A stretch of DNA of 64,000 nt from Deltaproteobacteria bacterium (GCA_032128115.1 JAQBHB010000041.1:128001-192000), one strand, 5' to 3'; shown: positions 1 through 9,112, counted from the first letter of the stretch. The notes: generated from the letters alone by a model not told the origin. Program-made: numbers and translations.

Positions 1-162
1 CAAGAGATCCACCGGCTCGCCCACAAGACGCGCCAGGCCATGGACACCCGCAAGGGGCAACCGGCGGCCTGCCACAGCGAGTCCAGCGCCACGGATCGGG
101 CCCAGGAGCTGCAGGCGGAAAAGCTCGATCCGGTGACGCTTCAGCCCCGGGTCCAGGCTTGA
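1..162 (+). CDS. 3' end of an unidentified CDS (truncated by window edge)
   Basis: Open frame QEIHRLAHKTRQAMDTRKG...PRVQA ending TGA at 160-162, followed by a strong hairpin. Confidence 0.6.
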   Translation, partial: QEIHRLAHKTRQAMDTRKGQPAACHSESSATDRAQELQAEKLDPVTLQPRVQA

Positions 163-170
163 AACAAGAC

Positions 171-198
171 CGCCCCGGGACCACGAGGTCCCGGGGCG
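171..198 (+). terminator. Probable terminator hairpin
   Basis: Perfect 12-bp stem CGCCCCGGGACC-acga-GGTCCCGGGGCG just after the stop codon; U-tail weak (TT). Confidence 0.6.
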
Positions 199-286
199 TT
201 CCGTCCGAGCCTCACCCCCCCAGATTTGGCTCAGATCTGATGTCTCGTTTCGGAGTTTGCTGCACTGACTTGAGCACTTTCTGCCC

Positions 287-1363
287 ATGGGGTGCCCACC
301 GGTGACCCACTCCCTGCACCTGAATGAGGAAAACCTTCCTGATTACTTGAGATCTGTAGGTTTTATCCCCCAGTCTCAGGAAGTACGGATCGAGAGCGCA
401 GGAGACGGCAACATCAACTGGGTGCGCCGGGTCTGTTGCCACCCCGAGGGCGGCTCCTGGGTGGTGAAGCAGGCGCGGCCTGCACTGGAGCGCTTTCCCG
501 AGTACCGGGTTTCCACCGAGCGGCTGCTGTTCGAGGCCCGCTACCTGGAGACGGCCCGGGCCTTCGATGCGGCAGGCGTGCTGGTGGGCGTCGTGTGGTT
601 CGATCCCGACGCGCGAGTGCTCATCCTCGAGGACCTGGTGGCATGCCCCCGGCTCTCCAGCGTCCTGGCTGGGGGCCAGGCGGGACTTCCCCGGGCCCGC
701 GAGTGCGCCAGGGCGCTGGGGGCGTTCCTGGGCGCCGTACACGCGGGAACCCGCGACCCGGGGCTATCCGAGCGCTTCGCCAACCAGGAGATGCAGGGCC
801 TGCACGGCGACCACATCTTCGTGCTCCCCTTTCGGGAGAACGACTTTCCCCTCTCGCCCGCCCTTGCCGATCGCGCGCGCCGTACACGGGGCGACCGCTC
901 TCTGGTGAAGACGATCGACGCGGCCCATGCGCGCTACCTCGAGCCCGTGGGCGCGCTGGTACACGGTGATGTCCAACCCGACAACGTGTTGGTTGGAGAA
1001 CGCGGGCCGAAGCTGCTGGATGCGGAGATCGCCCACGTGGGCGACCCGGCCTTCGACGTGGGAACGTTGCTAGCGCACCTGCTGCTTCCGTCGCTGGCCG
1101 CGGGCGAGCCCGGACTCGCGGCGACCTGCCTCGATTCAGCATGGAGCGCCTACACCGAATCGCACGGAAGCCAGGCCCTGGCGGGTTTCGCACAGGTGGC
1201 CCGCTACGCGGGCATCGAGTTGTTGCGGCGAACCCTGGGCGCCGCCCGCGTCGAAGCCGTCGCCCGCGACGAAGCCGGGCTGGCGGTAGTGGCCGCCGGA
1301 ATCCGCCTGGTGACGACCCCCCCGGAATCCCCGGACGAAATGATCTCGATCGCGTCCGCCTAG
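287..1363 (+). CDS. 5-methylthioribose kinase-like phosphotransferase (APH/choline kinase fold)
   Basis: GDGNIN Gly-loop, VVKQA, HGD, DAEIAHVGDPAFDVG resemble the MtnK motifs GDGNLN, KQALP, HGDLH, DPEF...GFDIG. Confidence 0.75.
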   Translation: MGCPPVTHSLHLNEENLPDYLRSVGFIPQSQEVRIESAGDGNINWVRRVCCHPEGGSWVVKQARPALERFPEYRVSTERLLFEARYLETARAFDAAGVLVGVVWFDPDARVLILEDLVACPRLSSVLAGGQAGLPRARECARALGAFLGAVHAGTRDPGLSERFANQEMQGLHGDHIFVLPFRENDFPLSPALADRARRTRGDRSLVKTIDAAHARYLEPVGALVHGDVQPDNVLVGERGPKLLDAEIAHVGDPAFDVGTLLAHLLLPSLAAGEPGLAATCLDSAWSAYTESHGSQALAGFAQVARYAGIELLRRTLGAARVEAVARDEAGLAVVAAGIRLVTTPPESPDEMISIASA

Positions 1364-2205
1364 CCGGCGTCCGCCAGGTCTTCGTCCCACTCTATGCGCT
1401 GGTAGTCGAAATCGCCGCGTTGGATCACGTTGAACTTGATGATCTCGAAGTGGGGCGACAGGTCGAAATCCCGAGGAGTGAGAAGCGTGTAATGGCGCTG
1501 CCGAAACACCCCCGAGCGGGCGCGGCGCCTGCGAAGCCATCGCAACGGAAATCGCGAGGGCTCCACCAATGCCGCGCTCCGCTCCGGAAACGTCACTGAA
1601 GGCAGCACGGGAAAGCCCACCTGGTGGAAGAGCCGGCCCAGCAGGCTGGTGCAGATCACGTCGGAGGCGACGCCACTGCCGAGTCGCTCGACCCGCCGGC
1701 GATAGCGACCGGGAAACAACGAAAGCAGCACCGCGTGACGCGCAAGATCGAAGACGTTGCGGATGTCGTAGCGCCAGCCCACGGCCGCAATACCGTCATC
1801 GAGTATCGTCTGCAGGTGCTCCGCGCGCAGCCGGTTCGGCCGACATAGGCGAACGTTGGAATCCGCGTACTTGCGCAGAGGTGTGACGACGACGCCCTCG
1901 TAGAGCGCCTCCACCAGCAGGTGGCGAGCATCCTCGCCGAACTCCTGCAACGCGCGCGCGCGCCCCTCGCCCCCGCGCCGGATGAGTTCGTCGCCGATGT
2001 AGAGCGTCGCGTGCGACCACGAGCTCTGGGTCAGGTACTTGACCATCGCGGAGACGCGAAGGTCTCCATCTACCAGGAGCACGTCGCCCTTGCGGATGTT
2101 CCGCTCCAGGGCGTCGTAGTCGGTGAAGCCCCGACGCTCGTAGTGGCCCACGGGCTTCTGCAGGAAGTCTGCGAGGAGCGCCATCAACCAATCGCGAACG
2201 CCCAA
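1360..2205 (-). CDS. YiiX/YebB-like permuted papain-like (NlpC/P60) amidase
   Basis: GDVLLV...SSWSHATLY...YD...ICTSL (His before Cys); TTG start with GGGAGG RBS chosen. Confidence 0.75.
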   Translation of the reverse strand: MGVRDWLMALLADFLQKPVGHYERRGFTDYDALERNIRKGDVLLVDGDLRVSAMVKYLTQSSWSHATLYIGDELIRRGGEGRARALQEFGEDARHLLVEALYEGVVVTPLRKYADSNVRLCRPNRLRAEHLQTILDDGIAAVGWRYDIRNVFDLARHAVLLSLFPGRYRRRVERLGSGVASDVICTSLLGRLFHQVGFPVLPSVTFPERSAALVEPSRFPLRWLRRRRARSGVFRQRHYTLLTPRDFDLSPHFEIIKFNVIQRGDFDYQRIEWDEDLADAG

Positions 2206-2266
2206 TTCGTCCTCCCGTGTGGCGGCCGCTCTTGCGGCCCCCGCTGCGCTCCCAGAGAATGTCCCC

Positions 2267-2752
2267 ATGGTCGCGCGTGCGGGATGGAACCTGGCCTTGC
2301 GAAGCGCCCTATGGCTGCTGCTCGCAGGCTGGTTCGGGTCGTGGGCCACGTTCGGGTTCGTGGTGGCCCCAATCGCCTTCAGCGTCCTGCCGAACACCGC
2401 GATCGCCGGGACCCTTGTCGACCCGGTCCTGACGGCGCTCCATCTCTACGGCGCCGCGGCCGGCCTGATCCTGGCGCTGCTCGCCCGGCTGCTCGGGCGC
2501 GGCCCGCTCCTCACGGTCCTGCCGTTGCTGATGAGCGCACTATGCCTCGTCTCCCATTTCGGCGTTTCGCTGCGAATGGATGAGATCAGAGACCAGGCAT
2601 TCGGACCCCAGGGAAACCTCGTGTCCGCAGCCCTGTTCAACCGGCTCCACAGGGTCTCGATGGGCATCTTCATCGGCGTTTCCGCCGCCGTCGTGGCAAT
2701 ACTGCTCCTGCACGTGAAGGCGGAGGCGGGGCGTCCCCCAGCGCCCGAATGA
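2267..2752 (+). CDS. DUF4149/TMEM205-like membrane protein
   Basis: W.G....FVVAP.AF motif, four hydrophobic segments, F.RLH..S motif. Confidence 0.75.
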   Translation: MVARAGWNLALRSALWLLLAGWFGSWATFGFVVAPIAFSVLPNTAIAGTLVDPVLTALHLYGAAAGLILALLARLLGRGPLLTVLPLLMSALCLVSHFGVSLRMDEIRDQAFGPQGNLVSAALFNRLHRVSMGIFIGVSAAVVAILLLHVKAEAGRPPAPE

Positions 2753-3025
2753 ACCGGGCCGGGGGGCAGCCAAAGCCCGGAAGCCTTCGAAAAACGGCCA
2801 GAATTTCATAGCTCTGCGGTTGGCACTGGTGTATCCTCTCGCCGGCTAGCCAAATTGATGTTTGTTTCCGGCTAGTTACGAGCAAATAGTGCCTCTGCCG
2901 TCTCGACCCATGTCTCGACCCGCCGGGCCACCCGCGGGAAAGAGCTAGCGGGGTGCGGCCTTGCCAGAACCCGATCGGCGGGATTTCGGGCACCGCGGAG
3001 ACGGGATCGGAGAGGCCGAGATCGG

Positions 3026-3226
3026 ATGGACGTGAAGATCAAAGCCACAGTCGTCTTTGCCGTCTCTTCGGGCGCTCTGGAAGACGCCCTCGCCGAATAT
3101 GATGAGCTGACAGTCGAGGGGCTCCTGCGGGAGATCATCGACAAGGCGATCGCGAGCGACGAGATCACCGCGAAGGTCGATGAGGGTCCCAACACCCTCG
3201 AGGAATACGACCAGATCGGCTCCTGA
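3026..3226 (+). CDS. Small acidic hypothetical protein (66 aa)
   Basis: Natural composition, GC3-biased codons, GGAGAGG upstream, hairpin downstream. Confidence 0.75.
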   Translation: MDVKIKATVVFAVSSGALEDALAEYDELTVEGLLREIIDKAIASDEITAKVDEGPNTLEEYDQIGS

Positions 3227-3228
3227 CT

Positions 3229-3248
3229 CCCGCCCCGCTGCCGGCGGG
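3229..3248. terminator. Hairpin between convergent genes
   Basis: CCCGCC-N8-GGCGGG between the stops at 3226 and 3249. Confidence 0.4.
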
Positions 3249-3671
3249 TCAACCGAAAAGTCCCAGCTGCAACGGCATCGCGGGCCGCGGAGGCGGAGGC
3301 TCCGGTGCGCGAGGTGCCGCAGCGGCCGGCCCCGCCAGCGAGCGACCCGGGCGATAAAGGCCCTCGGCCCGCGCGTAATCCAGAAGTTGCAGATAGAACA
3401 CCCTGAAACGCTCGCCGTGGTTGAAGTGCCGCAGGTGTGCCAACTCGTGGCAGAGCGTGTTCACCAGGCTCGAGTATTTCAGCGCCTTGCCCGTCAGCGA
3501 GTGCCTGAGCCGGATCTTGATTCCGCCATCCGCGTAGCAGATGCCGTAGCGATTCTTGACGTTGGCGCGCTCGGCATCGATCGACTTGTACTGGAGGCCG
3601 AAGCGGCCGGCGATCCGCTCGGCATCGCGATTGAGCTGCACGATGAGCTGCTGGGACGTTCTGCGGTCCAC
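3249..3671 (-). CDS. Zincin-like metallopeptidase (YgjP/M48/WLM-like)
   Basis: TLCHELAHLRHFNHG..F motif (HEXXH plus NH). Confidence 0.75.
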   Translation of the reverse strand: MDRRTSQQLIVQLNRDAERIAGRFGLQYKSIDAERANVKNRYGICYADGGIKIRLRHSLTGKALKYSSLVNTLCHELAHLRHFNHGERFRVFYLQLLDYARAEGLYRPGRSLAGPAAAAPRAPEPPPPRPAMPLQLGLFG

Positions 3672-3749
3672 GGCGAAGCGAGTTTTCCGAGCGCGCCGGT
3701 CGCCGTCAAGCGCGCAGAGGCGGGGTGGCTCGCGTGATATCCTGGGTCC

Positions 3750-4415
3750 ATGTCCGAGCAGCGGATCGCGATCTTTCCCCTCACCCAGGTGGTGCTGTTT
3801 CCGCGCGTGCAGACGCCGCTCCACCTGTTCGAGCCCCGTTACCTGCAGATGGCGGAGCATGTGCTTGCCGGCGACCGCACCGTCGGCATGGTCACGGTCC
3901 CCCCCGAGTACGCGGCCGATATGCAGGGCGACCCGCCGGTCTACCCGGTGGGTTGCGCGGGCCGGATCACCCGGTCACGGCGCCAGCCCGACGGCCGCTT
4001 CCACATCCTGCTCGAGGGAATCCACCGCTTCCGCATCGCCCGCGAGCCTGCGCGCCCCGAGGACCAGTTCTACCGGGTGGCCGAGATCGTTCGCCTGGAG
4101 GATGTCTACGATTCCGCCGACGCCCCCCGGATCGGGAAGCTGCGCGCCCAGGTGATCGAGCAGGTGCGAACCCTGGTGGGCCGTTCCCGAGCCGGCCGGG
4201 GAATCGAGATCTCCCCCGCGAGCTTCGAAGCCCTGGACGATCTGGCCTTCGTGAACTCGCTCTGCAACGCGCTCGCCTTCAGCTCCGAAGAGAAGCAGGG
4301 ACTGCTTGAGCTCGACCCCATCCGCGAGCGATTCGAGCGCCTGCAGGCGCTTCTGAGCTTTCGCCTGGCCGAAATCTCCACGCCCGCAGGGCCGGATCCG
4401 GGCGTTATCCACTAG
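3750..4415 (+). CDS. LON peptidase substrate-binding (LON_N) domain protein
   Basis: IFPL..VVLFP....PLHLFEPRY..M, VGC.GRI, DGRF.ILL.G..RFRI, EKQ.LLE. Confidence 0.9.
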   Translation: MSEQRIAIFPLTQVVLFPRVQTPLHLFEPRYLQMAEHVLAGDRTVGMVTVPPEYAADMQGDPPVYPVGCAGRITRSRRQPDGRFHILLEGIHRFRIAREPARPEDQFYRVAEIVRLEDVYDSADAPRIGKLRAQVIEQVRTLVGRSRAGRGIEISPASFEALDDLAFVNSLCNALAFSSEEKQGLLELDPIRERFERLQALLSFRLAEISTPAGPDPGVIH

Positions 4416-4770
4416 CTCGGACCAACCGCCGAATTTCTCCGAATAGAGGATAATTTCGCCGAAAAACAGTGGAATCTCGAGATCTACGATTCCGGTCGCA
4501 CCTGGACCCGGGCCGACACCGGGGCTGCGGTGTCGCCTGAGGAGCGGTGGGGAAGTGGCCGGAATCGAATCGCGATTCCGAATGCAAACACCGGTTTCCC
4601 GTCGGAAAATCGGACCTCCACCAGGCGGGGTAGGCACCGGGCCGGGAGCCGGATCGGCCCGTATCGGTCTTGCGGAGAAGCGCCAGGCATGGTCTACTCG
4701 CGCCTGTCCGAAAGGACAGATGACTGGGGATTCTTCTCAAACAGCCGGAAAATCACTGAGAACGGGAGCC

Positions 4771-6150
4771 ATGATCTCACCCCCCGGGATCTGGGACGGC
4801 GTGCTGCGTCGTCTCGGCACCGAATTGCCGATCTATACCCTCGCGGCGTGGATCGAGCCTCTGAGCGCCGAGCCCGACGGCAATGGGATCCGCCTGGAGT
4901 GCCCGTCGGCACTCCACCGGGATCGGGTGCGCGATCGCCTGCTGCCCCTGATCGAGCGCTGCGTGGCAGCCGAAGCCGGCCTTCCGGTTCCGGTGACCCT
5001 GACGATCAGCGCCCCCCCGGCGCCGAGCCCGGAGCCGGGCGCGACAGCGCTCGCGTCGCGTCCAGAACCCCCGGTCCCGCCCACCGGGAAGGACCGGCGG
5101 CCGGCGCCCGCTCAACGCGCGTTCCCCTACACCTTCGACAGCTTCGTGGTGGGTGCCTGCAACGCCCTGGCCCGTGAGGCGTCGCTGGCAGTGGCTCGCG
5201 GCCGCCAGCAGGCGGCCAATCCCCTCTACCTGGTTTCCCCCTCCGGGCTGGGCAAGACCCACCTGGCGCGGGCGATCTGTGCCGAGGCCCGCGCCGCCGG
5301 CGGCCGAACGCCCATCTACGCGCCGGCGGAAACCTTCACCAACGAGTTCATGGCTTCGATCCGATCCAACCAGATGCCGCGCTTCAAGCGCCGTTTTCGC
5401 AGCGATTGCGAACTGCTGGTAATCGAGGATGTGCAATTCCTGAGCTCGAAGAAGGCAACACAGCTCGAGCTCTTCCACACGGTGGCCCACCTGCTGGATT
5501 CGGGCATCCGGGTGGTCTTCACCGCCGATCGCATGCCCCGCAAGATCACCGACCTGGATGCGCGCCTGAGCTCGCAGATGACGGCCGGCCTGGTTGCCGA
5601 ACTCGACTCGCCCGACGCTTCGGTGCGGCGCGAGATCCTGCGGAGCAAGGCGGCCAGCGGCGGGCTGCGACTGCCCGACGAGTGTCTCGGCCGGCTGGTG
5701 GAAGTGGCCCGCGGCAGCGTGCGGGATCTGGAAAGCGTGCTGATCCAGCTGGCGGCCAGCGCCTCGTTGTTGGGCCGACCCATCGATCTGGAACTCACCG
5801 AGGCGGCGCTGCGCAAGCTCGCGCCGGCGCGGGACGAGCTAGCGCGTCTCGACGTCCGCACGGTGATCGATGTGGTCGCGCGATTCTTCCAGACCACACC
5901 GGAGGCCATGGCATCGCGCTCACGCCGACGTGATGTGTTGCAGCCGCGGCAGCTCGCCATGTACCTGTGCCGCCGCTACACCGACGCCAGCCACGGCACC
6001 ATCGGCCACGCCTTCGGCCGCGATCACCCCTCCGTACGCAACGCCGTCAAGGTGACCGAACGTCGCATCCTGGAGCGCGCGCCGCTCCGCTACCGGATCG
6101 AGGCCCTCTGCGCCCGCCTGGAAGAGCTGCAGCTGCATCGAGCGGGCTGA
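4771..6150 (+). CDS. DnaA-family replication initiator paralogue
   Basis: YTFDSFVVG.CN, NPLYL.SPSGLGKTHL, IEDVQFL, Q.ELFHT, RL.S....GL, domain IV PRQLAMYL...IG..FGRDH; GGGAG RBS before ATG 4771; no dnaN adjacent. Confidence 0.9.
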   Translation: MISPPGIWDGVLRRLGTELPIYTLAAWIEPLSAEPDGNGIRLECPSALHRDRVRDRLLPLIERCVAAEAGLPVPVTLTISAPPAPSPEPGATALASRPEPPVPPTGKDRRPAPAQRAFPYTFDSFVVGACNALAREASLAVARGRQQAANPLYLVSPSGLGKTHLARAICAEARAAGGRTPIYAPAETFTNEFMASIRSNQMPRFKRRFRSDCELLVIEDVQFLSSKKATQLELFHTVAHLLDSGIRVVFTADRMPRKITDLDARLSSQMTAGLVAELDSPDASVRREILRSKAASGGLRLPDECLGRLVEVARGSVRDLESVLIQLAASASLLGRPIDLELTEAALRKLAPARDELARLDVRTVIDVVARFFQTTPEAMASRSRRRDVLQPRQLAMYLCRRYTDASHGTIGHAFGRDHPSVRNAVKVTERRILERAPLRYRIEALCARLEELQLHRAG

Positions 6151-6176
6151 CCTGGTCGCGACGCGGGAAACTCGCG

Positions 6177-7409
6177 CTAGGCGTTGGCGACCTGGCGTTC
6201 CTGCTGGAGGCGCCAGCGGGTGGGGCCTGAGAGTTCTGGTTGCGCCGCCGGCTCCAGGGAGGGCGGGTCCTTCTCCGGGTCCTCGTAGCGGCGCAGGGTC
6301 CCGTAGGTGGTGTTGCGTTCCACCGGGATGCGGCCGATCTCGCGGATCAGGCGGCGCATTTCCTCGGGCGGCAGGTTCTCTCCGAAATCCGATCCCGACT
6401 CGCGGCTGATGGACTCTTCCATCAGGGTGCCGCCCATGTCGTTGGCGCCGGACATCAGGCCCACCTGCGCCAGCTTGGGACCCATCTTCACCCACGAAAC
6501 CTGGATGTTCTGGATCCACGGGCGCAGGAACAGGCGCGCAACCGCCACCAGCCGCACATCCTCGGGCATGGAGGACCCCGGGCGCGCACCCATGTGGTTG
6601 AACAGGATGTTCCTGTCGTGGATGAAGCCCAGGGGAACGAACTCGGTGATGCCGCCTGTCTCCTTCTGGATCTCGCGGAGCAGTGCCAGGTGTGCCGTCA
6701 CGTGGGAGACATTCTCGATGTGGCCGTACATGAGGGTCGAGGTGGAGCGAAGCCCGATGCCGTGGGCGGCCTTCACGATCTCGACCCAGCGGTCGCGACC
6801 GAGCTTGCGGGGCGATATCACGTTGCGGACTTCGTCGTCGAGGATCTCGGCAGCAGTGCCTGGCATGGTGCCCAGGCCCGCGTCCACCAGCCAGCGCAGG
6901 TAGTCCGGAAGCTGCATGTCGCTCTTGCGATGCCCGAAGTCGATCTCCTCGGGCGAGAAGGCGTGGATGTGCACGTCCGGGAACGCACGCTTGAGCTCGG
7001 TCAGGATCTCCCGGTAGTGGGTGTGGTCCTTGTTGGGGTGGATGCCGCCCTGGATGCAGAACTCGGTGGCGCCCCGGGCCACGGCGTCTCGCCCCTTGCC
7101 GATCAGCACCTCCATGGGGTGGTCGTAGGCATCGGCGTCGTCCTTGTGGCGCGAGAAGCCGCAGAACGAGCAGCCCACGTAGCAGACGTTGGTGAAGTTC
7201 ATGTTGCGGTTGATCACGAAAGTGACGTCGTCGCCCTTGTCCTCGCGCCGGGCCACGTCGGCAGCGCGCATCAGGGCAAACAGGTCGGCGCCCTGGGCTT
7301 CGAGAAGCCGCGTCGCCTCGGGCCCGGCCAGCTCCCGGCCCGATAGCGCGCCGTCGAGGATGCGGGCCACATGGGGGTCCACCCCGGAAAACAGGCGTTC
7401 GAGGGTCAT
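6177..7409 (-). CDS. cofH: FO synthase subunit 2 (radical SAM)
   Basis: NRNMNFTNVCYVGCSFC, CIQGG, HAFSPEEI, MPGTAAEILDD, EFVPL.F, NIQVSWVKMG, ANDMGGTLMEESISR. Confidence 0.92.
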   Translation of the reverse strand: MTLERLFSGVDPHVARILDGALSGRELAGPEATRLLEAQGADLFALMRAADVARREDKGDDVTFVINRNMNFTNVCYVGCSFCGFSRHKDDADAYDHPMEVLIGKGRDAVARGATEFCIQGGIHPNKDHTHYREILTELKRAFPDVHIHAFSPEEIDFGHRKSDMQLPDYLRWLVDAGLGTMPGTAAEILDDEVRNVISPRKLGRDRWVEIVKAAHGIGLRSTSTLMYGHIENVSHVTAHLALLREIQKETGGITEFVPLGFIHDRNILFNHMGARPGSSMPEDVRLVAVARLFLRPWIQNIQVSWVKMGPKLAQVGLMSGANDMGGTLMEESISRESGSDFGENLPPEEMRRLIREIGRIPVERNTTYGTLRRYEDPEKDPPSLEPAAQPELSGPTRWRLQQERQVANA

Positions 7410-8644
7410 GCGGCCTCCACGTGTGCGGACCCGGAGCGCGGCTTCGCGTAGCCGTCGGGGCCTGCAAATCCCAGTGCTTTCTCGCGCACGCGATCGTCGA
7501 AGAATTCCGGATGCTCGAGCAACGTCTCCGGATACACGGGCAGGCGCTCCACCAGCTCGTGACCGGCAGATTGCGTCCGCCGCTGCAACTCGCGGAAGCT
7601 GGGCCAGGGCGCTTCGGGGTTGATGAAGTCGACGGTCAGCGGCGACACGCCGCCCCAGTCGTTGAGGCCCGAGCGCAGCAGCAGCTCCAGCATCTCGGGA
7701 GCCAGGTTCGGCGGCGCCTGTACGTTCTGGTCGGGCCCCAGCACCAGGCGGGCCATGGCCACCCAACCCGCCACCTCTTCGTCGGGCAGCGGCGAGGCCG
7801 CGCGCATGGCCGTTCCGGGCTTCGGGTGGAAGGGCTGGATGATGGCCTCCTGGATATGACCGTACTCGTCCGAGACGTCGCGGATCGCCAGCAGCGTGTC
7901 GACGCGCTCGTCGGAATTCTCACCGATTCCCAGCAACATGCCGGTGGTGAAGGGGATGCGCAGCTCGCCCGCCTCCCGGTGCATGCGCAGGCGGACAGCC
8001 GGATCCTTGTCGGGCGCGTAGAAGTGGGGCATGCCGCGCGCGCGCAGGCGCGGGCTCACATTTTCGAGCATGAGACCCATCGAGGCATTCCAGGGTCGCA
8101 AGCGCGCCATCTCCTCCACACTGAGGATTCCCGCGTTGGTGTGGGGCAGCAGGCCGCCCTCGAAGGCAATCCGGCAGCCCTCCACCAGATAATCGGCTGT
8201 GGATGCGAAGCCGCGCTGCTCGAGCCAATCGCGGTGGGAGCGGTAGGCCCTTTCGGGCTTGTCGCCCAGGCAGAAGAGCGCCTCGATGCAGCCGGTGCGC
8301 ACACCACCGCGCACCGCCTCCGCAACCTCCTCGAGCGAATAGGTGTGGGCCTCTGGCGAATCGGGGAGCTTGGCAAACGTGCAGTAGGCGCAGCGGTCGC
8401 GGCACAGATTCGTGAGCGGCACGAAGATGTTGCGCGACACGCTGACGACGTCGCCCACGCCCCGGCGCCGGCTCTCGCAGGCGCCTTCCAGCACGGACTC
8501 GCGCACGGATTCGTTGGCCAGCTGGGCGCCCAGGCGCAGGGCCGGCTCGCGCTCCAGCTGGCCGGAATCCACGGCTTCGGCAACCAGCCGTTCGGCCTCG
8601 GAGCGGTTCAACGGGTTCGCGCAATGGGAGGGGAGGGGGGACAA
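7406..8644 (-). CDS. cofG: FO synthase subunit 1 (radical SAM)
   Basis: FVPLTNLCRDRCAYCTF, EALF.LGDKPE, LPHTNAG, SMGLMLE, PFTTG, QAPPNL, NDWGGVSP.T.D.INPEAPWP. Confidence 0.92.
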   Translation of the reverse strand: MSPLPSHCANPLNRSEAERLVAEAVDSGQLEREPALRLGAQLANESVRESVLEGACESRRRGVGDVVSVSRNIFVPLTNLCRDRCAYCTFAKLPDSPEAHTYSLEEVAEAVRGGVRTGCIEALFCLGDKPERAYRSHRDWLEQRGFASTADYLVEGCRIAFEGGLLPHTNAGILSVEEMARLRPWNASMGLMLENVSPRLRARGMPHFYAPDKDPAVRLRMHREAGELRIPFTTGMLLGIGENSDERVDTLLAIRDVSDEYGHIQEAIIQPFHPKPGTAMRAASPLPDEEVAGWVAMARLVLGPDQNVQAPPNLAPEMLELLLRSGLNDWGGVSPLTVDFINPEAPWPSFRELQRRTQSAGHELVERLPVYPETLLEHPEFFDDRVREKALGFAGPDGYAKPRSGSAHVEAA

Positions 8645-8677
8645 GGGGGATCCTCTCCTGGTTGCCGGGATCCTACC

Positions 8678-9046
8678 TCAGGTGGCATCTTCCCGGGAGC
8701 GACGAATCCGCACGCCCGCGTGGGTCAGCACCCCGGCGATGGGGCTGGGCTTTCGCACGCTCACCACCACCGCGTCGGCGTCGAACTTCGACAGCACCGA
8801 CTGGGCGATGCGGCTTGCGAGCGCCTCCACCAGGTTGTGCTCCTGGTTGGCGGCCACGTCCGAAACCACCTCGAAGACCCGCTTGTAGTGGATCGTATGG
8901 CGAATCGAGTCGCTGCGTCCGGCCGTGCGAAGGTCGCGCTCGATCTCGAGGTCGAGAACCACCGGGCGGCGCATGCGGCGCTCGGCAGCGGTCACCCCCA
9001 GCGCCGCCGGCACCTGGATGCCCTCCAGCAGGATCACGTCCGCCAC
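8678..9046 (-). CDS. folB: Dihydroneopterin aldolase
   Basis: GV..AER, DL..AG.SD....TIHY, L.EALA..IA, V.VRKP. Confidence 0.85.
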   Translation of the reverse strand: MADVILLEGIQVPAALGVTAAERRMRRPVVLDLEIERDLRTAGRSDSIRHTIHYKRVFEVVSDVAANQEHNLVEALASRIAQSVLSKFDADAVVVSVRKPSPIAGVLTHAGVRIRRSREDAT

Positions 9047-9112
9047 GGCATCAAGGTATCCCAATCCCCTAGCCAGCGCGCAGCGGCGGCGGCGTGCTAC
9101 AGAGAGAGGACC

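Noticed and set aside
2753..2790. SRP (4.5S) RNA suggested by GCAGCCAA
   Set aside because: No CAGG...GGAA...AGCAG domain IV arrangement; only a CCGGGC/GCCCGG stem
4405..4770. Canonical oriC next to dnaA
   Set aside because: Only one near-consensus DnaA box, no clear AT-rich unwinding element and no dnaN/gyrB/rpmH context
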